From assembly GCA_049299015.1 (NCBI GenBank), contig JBAQWR010000038.1:1-24886 (forward strand): DNA of 24,886 bases, written 5' to 3'. Positions 1 through 10,777 of the stretch are shown here, piece by piece. The notes beneath the pieces are model-generated. The model made no database searches. It was not told where the DNA came from and saw nothing but the letters and a program-made list of their open reading frames with translations. The stretch comes from Minisyncoccia bacterium (GTDB lineage Bacteria; Patescibacteriota; Minisyncoccia; Phycocordibacterales; Zambryskibacteraceae). Every line of letters begins with the position of its first letter. The stretch's first letter is position 1. A program made the position numbers and the translations under genes.

Positions 1-124
1 TAATTTTCTGCTGAAAATTTGCTCGACCCCGCCTCGGCCCGTCGGCCTCCGGCTTTCTCATCCATACCCTTCTCGCAACGATGCTTCGCGCAGACTGCAC
101 CCCGGCAGTCTTTGCGAATCATTG

Positions 125-209
125 CGGAGGGTGAGGGATTCGAACCCTCGGTACCTTGCGGCACACACGCTTTCCAAGCGTGCGCACTAGACCACTATGC
201 GAACCCTCC
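125..209 (-). tRNA. tRNA-Ser(GGA)
   Basis: Reverse complement reads GGAGGGTTCGCATAGTGGTCTAGTGCG-CACGC TTGGAAA GCGTG-long variable arm-GAGGGTTCGAATCCCTC-ACCCTCCG. Cloverleaf with anticodon GGA; CCA not encoded. Confidence 0.97.
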
Positions 210-254
210 TTGGTGAGGTCTACATTACCATATTTAAATAAGTTTTATAAAAAG

Positions 255-282
255 AAAAAAGCGGGGGTATCACTACCCCCGC
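255..282 (-). terminator. Intrinsic terminator
   Basis: 9-bp stem GCGGGGGTA/TACCCCCGC (261-269, 274-282) followed by a T-tract on the minus strand. Confidence 0.85.
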
Positions 283-457
283 CCTTTGACGAACCCGCCG
301 GCGTCGGTCAGTCGACGCGATTATACATGGGCTCGAGGCCCGACACCCGCACCGCCATGGGCGGTCCGTTAGAGTTCTCCATCTCTGGAATCTCCTCTCT
401 GGAAAGAACGTTGCGACCATCGGCTGGCCGGGCCCGACTGGGCGCCGCCGCCTAACT
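255..457 (-). ncRNA. Candidate ~200-nt structured RNA (possibly 6S-like) or short-peptide mRNA
   Basis: GC-rich island between a consensus promoter and a terminator, with several nested complementary segments. Contains a 24-codon SD-led ORF at 308-382. Confidence 0.45.
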
Positions 458-462
458 ACTTA

Positions 463-491
463 ACCTTAGCACCTTTCATAGATATTGTCAA
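463..491 (-). promoter_or_regulatory. Sigma70-type promoter
   Basis: TTGACA (486-491), 17-nt spacer, TG-extended TAAGGT (463-468). Confidence 0.75.
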
Positions 492-512
492 GTACTTTTA
501 TATATTGCGTAA

Positions 513-1001
513 TTAAGCCTTTTTCTGCCTCTCTTTTAAAATATTATCGGCTTGTCTTATCTCATCTTCTATTCCTTCTATAAAATCATATTTTTCTACT
601 TCATCTACACTTATCCAAGCAAATTCTGTTGCATCTTCATCAAGTTTAACTTCTCCAGACACATATTCGGCTATATAAGTCAGACCTAGCACTGGGATAC
701 CATCTGGACGAATAAATGTGTAGTCGAGTAAATATTCTGGTTTACCGATCTCCACATTAACCTCTTCCCTAATCTCTCTTCTTAAAGTATTTTCTAGTGC
801 ACCATACCACTGCTTCGCTCCTTGTGTACTGGATTTGGTATTTATGTAGTCATCGACCTCGAGACCTCCTCCAGGCACGGTCCATTTACCAGGCATTACT
901 TTCTTGTGAAGCGAGCGCTTGGTAACTAGATATTCAAATTTTGGATTATAGATTATTGCCGTAACCACAATCCTATGAAGTTCTTTATCCTTTATTTCCA
1001 T
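513..1001 (-). CDS. NUDIX hydrolase
   Basis: WTVPGGG...LRREIREEVNV Nudix box with an insertion; 162 aa. Confidence 0.9.
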   Translation of the reverse strand: MEIKDKELHRIVVTAIIYNPKFEYLVTKRSLHKKVMPGKWTVPGGGLEVDDYINTKSSTQGAKQWYGALENTLRREIREEVNVEIGKPEYLLDYTFIRPDGIPVLGLTYIAEYVSGEVKLDEDATEFAWISVDEVEKYDFIEGIEDEIRQADNILKERQKKA

Positions 1002-1587
1002 ACGCCACTACTTTGTTACGGCCGGATTCTTTGGCCTGATAAAGTGCTTTGTCAGCCAACTCAACAATTTTTAATACTGTTGTCTTCTTTCCTGCAGAAG
1101 CGACACCGGAACTTACGGTCACTTGGAGATCCTTTGCCTTAGAGAATTTAAGACTCTCCACTTTCTTCCTAATCTCCTCTGCTTTGGCCATAGCATCTTT
1201 CTCATTAGCACCCAAGAGAGACGCCACCATTTCTTCCCCGCCCCAGCGGGCCAGAGTGTCGCCCGCGCGGAGACTCTCTTGGATAGCCAATGCTACCTTT
1301 TGTAGAACGTAGTCACCCACAGCGTGGCCATAGGTGTCGTTCACCTTTTTGAAATGATCTATGTCAAAGAAAATGATGCTGATGTTTCTGAATCCGAACC
1401 ACTCTTTGCGCTTGCCCTCTTCATTGGATGCTATGGAAGTAAGATAGACTCCAAGCTCTTCTTCGAAGAAGGCACGAGTTTTGACCCCTGTAAGTGGGTC
1501 ATGGATAAGGTCTCTCTCGAGACTCTGAACTTGTGTCTCAAGTTCGACTATGCGACTGTCTTTGTCTTGGTACATTTTGATCATCAT
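985..1587 (-). CDS. GGDEF-domain diguanylate cyclase
   Basis: DPLTG, FFDIDHFKKVNDTYGH, RxxD I-site (RAGD), RWGGEEM, ADKALYQAKESGRN. Confidence 0.93.
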   Translation of the reverse strand: MMIKMYQDKDSRIVELETQVQSLERDLIHDPLTGVKTRAFFEEELGVYLTSIASNEEGKRKEWFGFRNISIIFFDIDHFKKVNDTYGHAVGDYVLQKVALAIQESLRAGDTLARWGGEEMVASLLGANEKDAMAKAEEIRKKVESLKFSKAKDLQVTVSSGVASAGKKTTVLKIVELADKALYQAKESGRNKVVAYGNKG

Positions 1588-1590
1588 ATC

Positions 1591-2421
1591 CTACCATCGC
1601 CCACTGGCGCCACCGCCACCAGACATACCCCCGCCGAAACCTCCAAATCCACCCGAATGCCCCCCGCCTCCACCGCCAATCCACCAAGGAGGTGTGCCGT
1701 GCCGGGCTAGAGAATTCTTATAAGCTCTTGAAACAATGAAGTCGAAGAGTAACCCAACCAATATACAGATACCAGCGACGAGAATTGTGGAGAAGATTAC
1801 ATAGCCCAGGATCCCTCCTATAATTCCCCCCAGCCACCAAGATTTGGATCGTCCCAGTATGGACACGAGATAGATTAGCCCGAAGATAAGATACGGAATC
1901 CAATCGGACCATGGCCATGAGTTAGACTGTGAGCTCTCAGGCATCCCCTCGCCTCTCGCAAGACCCATGAGTATATCCGTGGCGCTACTGATACCCCCAT
2001 CGAAATCTCCGGCTTGAAATGCTGGTGTCAGTATTTCCCTGATGATCCTGCCACTCTCTATATCTGTCACCACAGGCTCTAGCCCATAACCCACTTCAAT
2101 ACGCATCTCCCTGTCCTCGATAGCTATGAGGAGTAAAAGACCATTATCTTCCTTCTCCTTGCCAATCCCCCATTCTTGGAAAAGTTTTTCCGCGTAAGTT
2201 TCTACGGTCTCATCTCCGAGTGCGGGAATAGTAACTACAGCAATCTCAATCCCAGTATCTTGAGAAAACTGTCCTAGCTTCTGGTTGAGAGAAGAGACGG
2301 TCTCTGGTTTGAGAGCACCGGCAAAGTCGTTTACCAGCCCACTCGGGTTTCCAGGAGAGGTGTAACCGAATACGAGAAGAGGAGCGAGCAGGAGAGAAGC
2401 GACGAGAAATCGCTTAAACAT
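1591..2421 (-). CDS. TPM-domain (YgcG-like) membrane protein
   Basis: VNDFAG, WGIG...DNGLLLLIA...RIEVGYGLE, transmembrane segments, Gly-rich tail GGGMSGGGGASGRW. Confidence 0.93.
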   Translation of the reverse strand: MFKRFLVASLLLAPLLVFGYTSPGNPSGLVNDFAGALKPETVSSLNQKLGQFSQDTGIEIAVVTIPALGDETVETYAEKLFQEWGIGKEKEDNGLLLLIAIEDREMRIEVGYGLEPVVTDIESGRIIREILTPAFQAGDFDGGISSATDILMGLARGEGMPESSQSNSWPWSDWIPYLIFGLIYLVSILGRSKSWWLGGIIGGILGYVIFSTILVAGICILVGLLFDFIVSRAYKNSLARHGTPPWWIGGGGGGHSGGFGGFGGGMSGGGGASGRW

Positions 2422-2424
2422 CTT

Positions 2425-2979
2425 TTATAAATTTACTGTTGGGGCAAGTTCTGTACCAGCCGCTGCTTCGAAGTAAGCACGCTCGCCGAAGCCGAAGAGG
2501 CTGGCGAGGATCATCCTTGGGAATCTTTTTACAGACACATTGTAGTCACGGACCATATCGTTGAAACGGGTACGCTCTACTGATATGCGATTTTCTGTAC
2601 CTTCAAGCTGAGTCATAAGGTCCTGGACAACGGCAGAGGATTGCAATTGAGGATAGTTCTCCATGATAACCAAGAGTCTACCGAGGGCGCCCTCGACTTG
2701 AGTCGCGGCAGCCGCTTTCTCGTTTGGAGATGTAGCACCACTATAGCGGGTACGTGCTTCTGCGATGTCGCCGAAGATAGTCTGCTCTTGGGTCAAGATA
2801 CCTTTGACCGAGTTTACAAGGTTAGGGATAAGATCAAATCGCCTCTGGTATTGTGTCTCTACCTTGGCCCATTGGGCATCGACTGACTCATTGAGTGTTA
2901 TCAAACCGTTATAACTAGAGAATCCCCAGATGGCTAATACCGCGATGACTGCTATTACTATAAGTGTACCTTTTTTCAT
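2425..2979 (-). CDS. lemA: LemA family protein
   Basis: N-terminal TM helix, QYQRRFDLIPNLV, ENYPQL, LEGTENRISVER. Confidence 0.95.
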   Translation of the reverse strand: MKKGTLIVIAVIAVLAIWGFSSYNGLITLNESVDAQWAKVETQYQRRFDLIPNLVNSVKGILTQEQTIFGDIAEARTRYSGATSPNEKAAAATQVEGALGRLLVIMENYPQLQSSAVVQDLMTQLEGTENRISVERTRFNDMVRDYNVSVKRFPRMILASLFGFGERAYFEAAAGTELAPTVNL

Positions 2980-3016
2980 ATTTATTTTTTAGTTTGTCGC
3001 CAAATTATAAAACAAT

Positions 3017-5012
<1,996 letters not shown>

Positions 5013-5072
5013 AGCTGGCATATTATAGACTAACTCTCTACTTGACAAGTACAACAAAAAAGTCTTGCGCTC

Positions 5073-5092
5073 GTGGGGTCACGTGACCCCAC
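5073..5092. repeat. Perfect 20-bp palindrome
   Basis: GTGGGGTCAC-GTGACCCCAC, immediately after the stop codon of the 5093-5269 ORF. Confidence 0.9.
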
Positions 5093-5269
5093 TCACACAA
5101 GACTCCGCTCCTCTAAGAATTGTTCTCGACTTCTTCGGTCCACCTCTTCGAGACCTTCTATGGCCTCTTCTTCCAAAAAGAACCTTTCGCAACCTGGCTC
5201 GTCGCAGACGAACCCAGCCCCGAGTTTGTGGTACTTGATCTTCTCTTTGTGGCAGTGCGGACACTTCAT
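5093..5269 (-). CDS. 58-aa putative zinc-ribbon microprotein
   Basis: MKCPHC...CDEPGC with an acidic tail. SD-like GGAGG upstream of ATG 5269; palindrome downstream. Confidence 0.7.
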   Translation of the reverse strand: MKCPHCHKEKIKYHKLGAGFVCDEPGCERFFLEEEAIEGLEEVDRRSREQFLEERSLV

Positions 5270-5364
5270 CACAAGCCCTCCAGGGTTTCTATTTAAAATA
5301 CTAACACGCAAATATTTGTTTGCGCACTGGGGATAAATCGTGCTAATATAGTCCGGTACAAGTA

Positions 5365-5589
5365 ATGGGCCAGATTCTTACCTACATTCAAATTGTCCTT
5401 AGCCTTCTTCTCATAGCGGGAGTGCTCCTCCAACGCTCAGAAGCAAGTCTAGGCTCAGCCTTCGGTGGCGATAGCGCTATGGGTGGGCGTTTTATGCGTC
5501 GCGGATTTGAGAAGATCCTATTCAACGCTACCATCACAGTGGCGGTCCTTTTCGTCATCTCTGCTTTCGCAAGCATTCGACTCGGCTAA
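5365..5589 (+). CDS. secG: Preprotein translocase subunit SecG
   Basis: Two TM helices around LLQRSEASLGSAFGG; 74 aa. Confidence 0.93.
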   Translation: MGQILTYIQIVLSLLLIAGVLLQRSEASLGSAFGGDSAMGGRFMRRGFEKILFNATITVAVLFVISAFASIRLG

Positions 5590-5622
5590 TTAGTCCGACG
5601 ATCTCACTACATAAGTAAAAAG

Positions 5623-7380
5623 ATGAATTACAAAGAACTGCGAGCCCTCGCTAGGAGGCGCTTCAGAATTCCAAAAGAAGGTTCAATACGCAGAGTCTTG
5701 CGTTCGTTTACCATAGCGGAGAACGCGGTTTTCTATTTTCTTGTCTCTATCTTTGTCCTCTCAGGCATTGTCCTTGTCTGGAATGTAAACAATGCTTTCC
5801 TGATAGAAGTCCCTACTCGTGGAGGTACCCTGACAGAGGGGGTGGTCGGCAATCCGCGTTTTATCAACCCTGTTTTGGCTATCTCAGAAGCGGACAAAAA
5901 CCTGACAGCTCTTATCTACTCAGGCCTGGTACGCATTAGCCCAGAAGGCGAAATTCTCAATGACCTAGCCGAAGGAATATCAATCTCAGAAGATCGTCTA
6001 ACTTATACGCTAAAGATCCTCGAAGACGCTCGTTTTCACGATGGGTCAAGTATCACGGCCGATGATGTCATCTTCACAGTCGGCAAGATTACTGACCCTG
6101 TTATCAAGAGTCCAAGGAGAGGCAACTGGGACGGTGTCACCGTGGAGAAGATTGATGATAAGACAGTCTCCTTCACCCTCAAGCAAGCTTACACCCCATT
6201 TATCTACAATCTGACTATCGGCATCCTACCTAAAGAGATTTGGAAAAATGTCTCCGACGATGAATTCTCATTTAGCCAATTCAATACCTTACCTATCGGC
6301 TCCGGGCCATACAAGGTGGAGAGAGTCGAGAGAAACTCTGGCGGTATACCAGATTTCTATAGCCTCATCCCCTTCGATGACGCTTTCGATCACTCACCTT
6401 TTATCAAAAATTTGATTTTCAGATTTTATACTAGCGAGGCTGCTCTCATCGACGCCTACAATGGTCGATCTATAGACAGTCTAAGTGGCGTATCACCAGA
6501 AAAGATCTTGGAGCTCGAGACAGATAGCTCTGGAGTGATCTCTTCACCTCTACCCCGCGTCTTCGCAGTCTTCTTCAATCAGAATCAATCAAAAGTACTT
6601 TTGAACAAAGAGGTGCGCCAAGCTCTTGACCTAGCAACTCCGAAACAAGAGATAGTGGACAAAGTACTTGGTGGATACGGAACTGTTATCAACGGACCTC
6701 TACCAGCCGGTACCTATCCTTGGACGAGTGTTGAAAAGACGATTGCTCCCTCTAGTGAAAGTCTAGAGAAGGCCAAAGAACTATTGGCAAAAGCAGGTTG
6801 GAAAGCTGATGAGGGTCGAGAACTCTTGAAGAAAAAGAGTGGTTCTGCTACTATATCTCTGTCGTTTACTATCTCTACGGGTGACGCTCCGGAGCTTCAG
6901 GCGGTGGCAGAGGAACTTAGAACTGCGTGGAGTAAGCTCGGTGCCGAGGTCAAGATCCTAGTTTTTGAAACTGGCGATCTCAATCAAAATGTCATCCGTC
7001 CGAGAAACTTCGACGCTCTTCTTTTCGGCGAAGTGGTTTCGAGAGACGCCGATCTATATCCCTTCTGGCACTCTTCACAGAGGACAGACCCGGGGTTAAA
7101 TATCGCCCTCTACGCCAATAACCGCGCTGACAAACTCTTAGAAGATGCTAGGAGTGCGAGCAATCCAGACGCAATAGAGAAAAGTTATAAGACCTTCGTA
7201 GAAGAATTGCGTGCCGATGTTCCAGCAGTCTTCCTCTACACACCTGACTTCCTCTATGTCATACCAGAGAAGGTGAAGGCTATCAGTCTCGACTCTCTCA
7301 CAGTTTCTCAAGACAGATTCTTGGGTATCAGAGACTGGTATGTAGAGACAGATAAGGTTTGGAAAATATTCGTCAATTGA
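5623..7380 (+). CDS. Peptide/nickel ABC transporter substrate-binding protein (family 5), membrane-anchored
   Basis: GGTLTEG, FHDGSSITADDVIFT, PIGSGPY, VRQAL motifs and an N-terminal TM helix. Confidence 0.92.
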   Translation: MNYKELRALARRRFRIPKEGSIRRVLRSFTIAENAVFYFLVSIFVLSGIVLVWNVNNAFLIEVPTRGGTLTEGVVGNPRFINPVLAISEADKNLTALIYSGLVRISPEGEILNDLAEGISISEDRLTYTLKILEDARFHDGSSITADDVIFTVGKITDPVIKSPRRGNWDGVTVEKIDDKTVSFTLKQAYTPFIYNLTIGILPKEIWKNVSDDEFSFSQFNTLPIGSGPYKVERVERNSGGIPDFYSLIPFDDAFDHSPFIKNLIFRFYTSEAALIDAYNGRSIDSLSGVSPEKILELETDSSGVISSPLPRVFAVFFNQNQSKVLLNKEVRQALDLATPKQEIVDKVLGGYGTVINGPLPAGTYPWTSVEKTIAPSSESLEKAKELLAKAGWKADEGRELLKKKSGSATISLSFTISTGDAPELQAVAEELRTAWSKLGAEVKILVFETGDLNQNVIRPRNFDALLFGEVVSRDADLYPFWHSSQRTDPGLNIALYANNRADKLLEDARSASNPDAIEKSYKTFVEELRADVPAVFLYTPDFLYVIPEKVKAISLDSLTVSQDRFLGIRDWYVETDKVWKIFVN

Positions 7381-7406
7381 AAATTCTAAATTGAAAATTA
7401 AAAATT

Positions 7407-9185
7407 ATGACTCTTAACACATTTACACATAGTCTGCGGCAGAAAAGTATGCGCCGAAGGTCCAATGCGCCAATAGCGACCAAGAAACCCCACGACATAG
7501 TGCCTCCCCTTGGAGACAGTATTCGTATAATCCCACTTGGTGGAGTGGAAGAAATCGGTAGAAATATGACCGTCATCGAGTACGGCGAAGATATCATCGT
7601 CATCGATGCTGGTATACAGTTTTCCGACGATGATACACCGGGTATCGACTACATCCTGCCTAATACCAAATACCTAGAAGATCGCAAGGATCGCATACGC
7701 GCTTTAGTGATAACTCACGGCCACCTCGATCACATCGGGGGTATACCTTATGTTATCGGTCGTCTCGGTAACCCACCGATTTATACCAGAGAGTTTGGGG
7801 CTCTTCTTATTCAGAAACGACAAACGGAATTCCCCCAGCTACCTCCTCTCAATCTTCGTGTTATCGATGCCAATGATAAATCGGCTACTGTCATAACCCC
7901 CAATCTCAAGCTACGTTTCTTCGGTCTAACTCACTCTATCCCAGATTCTACTGGTGTTATCATCGAGACCCCTTACGGAGATATCGTAGACACAGGTGAT
8001 GTGCGGGTAGAAAACGAGAACGGAGTAATAGCGGAAAAAGAATATGAACAGTACAAAATGTTCAAAGATCGCAATGTCCTACTCTTCACCATGGATTCAA
8101 CTGGTATCGATAAGGCAGGATTTTCTCCCTCGGAAGCCTCGATCCTCAAGAATATCGACGGGATAGTCAAAGAGGCTCCCGGGCGCTTGATCATCGCCAC
8201 ATTTGCCTCACAGGTAGAGCGTATTATCGAGTTTTTGAAAAGCGCCAAGCATTATGGCAAAACAGTTTTTATCGAAGGTAGAAGCATGAAGACCAATGTC
8301 GACATCATCAAGCACCTCAACCTCACTGATACCTCACACATCATGCCGGTGGAAGATATCGAGAAGTATCCTCCAAACAAAGTCATGATGATCGCTACTG
8401 GTGCCCAGGGTGAAGAATTTGCCGCACTCGGAAGAATGGCGAACAAGACTCATAAGCAGGTTCGTCTCCAACCTTCAGACACCATTATCCTCTCCTCATC
8501 CGTCATCCCTGGCAATGACAAGTCTGTTCAGAAGCTCAAGGACAACCTCTCTAGGCACAATGCCAGGATCATCACTTACCTAGATTCAGACGTGCATACA
8601 TCGGGCCACGGTAAGCGAGGAGAGCTCGAGTGGGTACACAAACAGATTCCTTACAAATTCTTCATGCCGATTCACGGCTATCACTACATGCTCAAACAGC
8701 ATGCAGAAATGGCTCGCCAACTCGGCTGTCCCGCTGAAAATATCATTGTGCCAGACAACGGAAGCATTATTGAGATTCAAGATAAGGGTACCAAGTTTGT
8801 GAAGCTACAGGAGGAGGCCCCTTCTGGAGATATGGTGGTGGAAGGTCTCTCTATCGGCGACTTACCGGAAGTGGTGATCAGAGACAGGAAGATGCTTGCC
8901 GCCGATGGTATATTCGTCATCATCGCCCTGATCAATACTCGCACAGGTCACCTCAAGAAATCGCCAGATATCATCGCCCGAGGGTTCGTTTATCTGAGAG
9001 AATCACAAGAGCTTCTCTCTGAGGCCCGTAATGTCATAAAGCGCTCTATCGAGTCTACTACTGTAGGAATGAACCCGATCAATTTCGACTATGCCAAAAA
9101 TGCAGTAACCGAAGATATCTCGCGCTTCCTCTTCCAGCGTACGGCCAAGAAGCCGATAGTTATACCAGTAATATTGGGCGTCTAG
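7407..9185 (+). CDS. rnj: Ribonuclease J
   Basis: PLGGVEEIGRNM, THGHLDHIG, HSIPD, TGAQGE, HTSGH, PIHG. Exact start uncertain. Confidence 0.97.
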   Translation: MTLNTFTHSLRQKSMRRRSNAPIATKKPHDIVPPLGDSIRIIPLGGVEEIGRNMTVIEYGEDIIVIDAGIQFSDDDTPGIDYILPNTKYLEDRKDRIRALVITHGHLDHIGGIPYVIGRLGNPPIYTREFGALLIQKRQTEFPQLPPLNLRVIDANDKSATVITPNLKLRFFGLTHSIPDSTGVIIETPYGDIVDTGDVRVENENGVIAEKEYEQYKMFKDRNVLLFTMDSTGIDKAGFSPSEASILKNIDGIVKEAPGRLIIATFASQVERIIEFLKSAKHYGKTVFIEGRSMKTNVDIIKHLNLTDTSHIMPVEDIEKYPPNKVMMIATGAQGEEFAALGRMANKTHKQVRLQPSDTIILSSSVIPGNDKSVQKLKDNLSRHNARIITYLDSDVHTSGHGKRGELEWVHKQIPYKFFMPIHGYHYMLKQHAEMARQLGCPAENIIVPDNGSIIEIQDKGTKFVKLQEEAPSGDMVVEGLSIGDLPEVVIRDRKMLAADGIFVIIALINTRTGHLKKSPDIIARGFVYLRESQELLSEARNVIKRSIESTTVGMNPINFDYAKNAVTEDISRFLFQRTAKKPIVIPVILGV

Positions 9186-9186
9186 A

Positions 9187-9242
9187 TTATCCACAGCTAG
9201 CTGTTTCTAGTAGTTGACATTCAAATTCTATAGGAGTATATT
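9187..9242 (+). promoter_or_regulatory. DnaA-box-like TTATCCACA plus sigma70 promoter
   Basis: TTATCCACA at 9187-9195; TTGACA (9214-9219)-17 nt-TATATT (9237-9242). Confidence 0.6.
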
Positions 9243-9248
9243 TAAGGA

Positions 9249-9280
9249 GTAAGGCGCTCTCCGCAAGGTGGGCGCTTTAC
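9249..9280 (+). terminator. Hairpin with GCAA tetraloop (terminator or small RNA)
   Basis: GTAAGGCGCTC-TCC-GCAA-GGT-GGGCGCTTTAC followed by ATTTT, between convergent genes. Confidence 0.6.
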
Positions 9281-9302
9281 ATTTTATAAGAGTTCTTTTT
9301 TT

Positions 9303-9602
9303 TCAATACATGACCGAACCGACAAAGATAAGGCCGTTGACTATTAGCCAGCCAGTATAGATAAAGATGAGGGGCTTCTCTCGGCGCATGATGCCGTAAA
9401 CGATCCATGGGATGTCGAGGATAGAGAGTGTTATCCAAGTGATGGGTTCGATACCCCCAGCCTCTTTGCCCATATAGATAAGCTTGAGCTGGGGGAACAT
9501 CATGGCAAGCGAGATGATGCCGGAGACGTAGACCGCTTTGTCTAACAAGCTCAATGGCTCTCCCTTCTGTCTTCTGCCTACGTGGACGTGATGGATCGAC
9601 AT
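9303..9602 (-). CDS. SemiSWEET/PQ-loop-like small membrane protein
   Basis: Three hydrophobic helices, MMFPQL motif, WIVYGI. Confidence 0.7.
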   Translation of the reverse strand: MSIHHVHVGRRQKGEPLSLLDKAVYVSGIISLAMMFPQLKLIYMGKEAGGIEPITWITLSILDIPWIVYGIMRREKPLIFIYTGWLIVNGLIFVGSVMY

Positions 9603-9608
9603 AAATTA

Positions 9609-10055
9609 TTAATAGACGCCGAGAATTTTGAAAATAGGAGCCATGAATGGATCGAAATCAGTACCGTAAACTATAGCCCCACCCAAGCCCCCGGTGATGG
9701 TGATAGATACAAGACCGAGGAAAGCTAATGGGATCAAGATGTATGAGCGTGTGACAAAGGAGAAAACTTTCAACACAGAAAAATGTTTTGATAAATAACC
9801 AAGAGCAATGAGGCCAAAAATGGCGATAGCTACCATGGCAAAAGCTTCATGCATCTCGATTAACTTTGCTCCCTCAACTTCAGGCCCAGTCAGAAATGCC
9901 GCGATAGCAAAGAGTTCGCCAGAAATTACCAAAGTAGCTTTGATATAAAACCAGTATGGTTTCTCGAGAACTTTCTGGAACCTGACAAGCTCGAAAATAG
10001 CATAGAGACTAAGTAGAGCTATGGGAAAGTGAACTACTATTGGGTGAATGTTCAT
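9609..10055 (-). CDS. DUF2231-like membrane protein
   Basis: HPIVVHFPIAL at the N-terminus, conserved H, GGLGGAIVYG. Confidence 0.8.
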   Translation of the reverse strand: MNIHPIVVHFPIALLSLYAIFELVRFQKVLEKPYWFYIKATLVISGELFAIAAFLTGPEVEGAKLIEMHEAFAMVAIAIFGLIALGYLSKHFSVLKVFSFVTRSYILIPLAFLGLVSITITGGLGGAIVYGTDFDPFMAPIFKILGVY

Positions 10056-10056
10056 G

Positions 10057-10722
10057 TTATTTCTTAAATTGTACTATATTTGCTGCCTTTATCTCAATCT
10101 TCTCGGCTTGGCGCAGTTTCTTAATTTGTTTTGGAGAAAGGATTTTAGTATGGGGAGAGATATCTAGAGCATGTGCAAGGTCGGCCAAATTTTCTGTGGT
10201 AGTAATCCAATCAGTTCCTAATTTAGACAAATCAAATGGCTTGGAGAAACTTCTCAAAGTCTTCTTGCCATTGTTTAAGAAATATTCGTGGAAGTAAGAC
10301 ATGACAAGTTCTCGTACATTCTTATAAACAGGCTCACGATAACGCAAAACAGAATGATTTGTCTTGGAGATCGCGCCCCAATACTTCCGCCCACCAGAGG
10401 CGGGTCCGCCAGTCCGGGTGGCGGAGAAAAGGGTCAGGACGTGGTCGAGATCTGGCCGAGCGGTTTTGAGGTCTAGTATAAGTGGCTTGCGACCCTGTAT
10501 CCAGAGTGCTGTAGCCGCAAGTAGAGCACCTTCAAAGCAGTGGGCCCGACCGCTCTTGAGGGTGGCTCGAACGGAGTTGTGAGTCTCTCCCCTCTTCTCG
10601 AAGTTGAAAGGTAGGGTGTTTAGAAAGTCCTGAATTTTGGCCGGAGTATTGAGACTCTTGAGTAGGTGGTATTGTTTGTGGTCTAACCCAGAATCCACAA
10701 GTGTAAGTGGTTGTTTCTTCAT
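10057..10722 (-). CDS. Transglutaminase-like (Cys-His) conserved protein
   Basis: LNTPAKIQDFL, AHCFEGAL, DHVL, WGAISKTNH, YREPVY, SYFHEY. Start at ATG 10722 preferred. Confidence 0.75.
   Translation of the reverse strand: MKKQPLTLVDSGLDHKQYHLLKSLNTPAKIQDFLNTLPFNFEKRGETHNSVRATLKSGRAHCFEGALLAATALWIQGRKPLILDLKTARPDLDHVLTLFSATRTGGPASGGRKYWGAISKTNHSVLRYREPVYKNVRELVMSYFHEYFLNNGKKTLRSFSKPFDLSKLGTDWITTTENLADLAHALDISPHTKILSPKQIKKLRQAEKIEIKAANIVQFKK
10390..10425. repeat. Double-hairpin palindromic element, in-frame within a CDS
   Basis: CCCACC-AGA-GGCGGG next to TCCGCCA-N7-TGGCGGA. 36 bp encoding SATRTGGPASGG. Confidence 0.7.
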
Positions 10723-10777
10723 TGTGACTATCTTACAATATGATTCCAGACACGCCACCCCAGACGGAGAGTGCTAG

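Noticed and set aside
19..455. Track ORFs 19-216, 156-455 and 220-420
   Set aside because: They overlap the tRNA-Ser or run through the terminator and have no protein-like features.
255..457. tmRNA, RNase P RNA or SRP RNA
   Set aside because: No tRNA-like T-arm and acceptor ends, no GAGGAAAGTCC motif and no SRP domain IV motif.
5028..5056. CIRCE (HrcA) operator upstream of groES
   Set aside because: Only a weak half-match (GAGAGTTAG) with incorrect partner and spacing.
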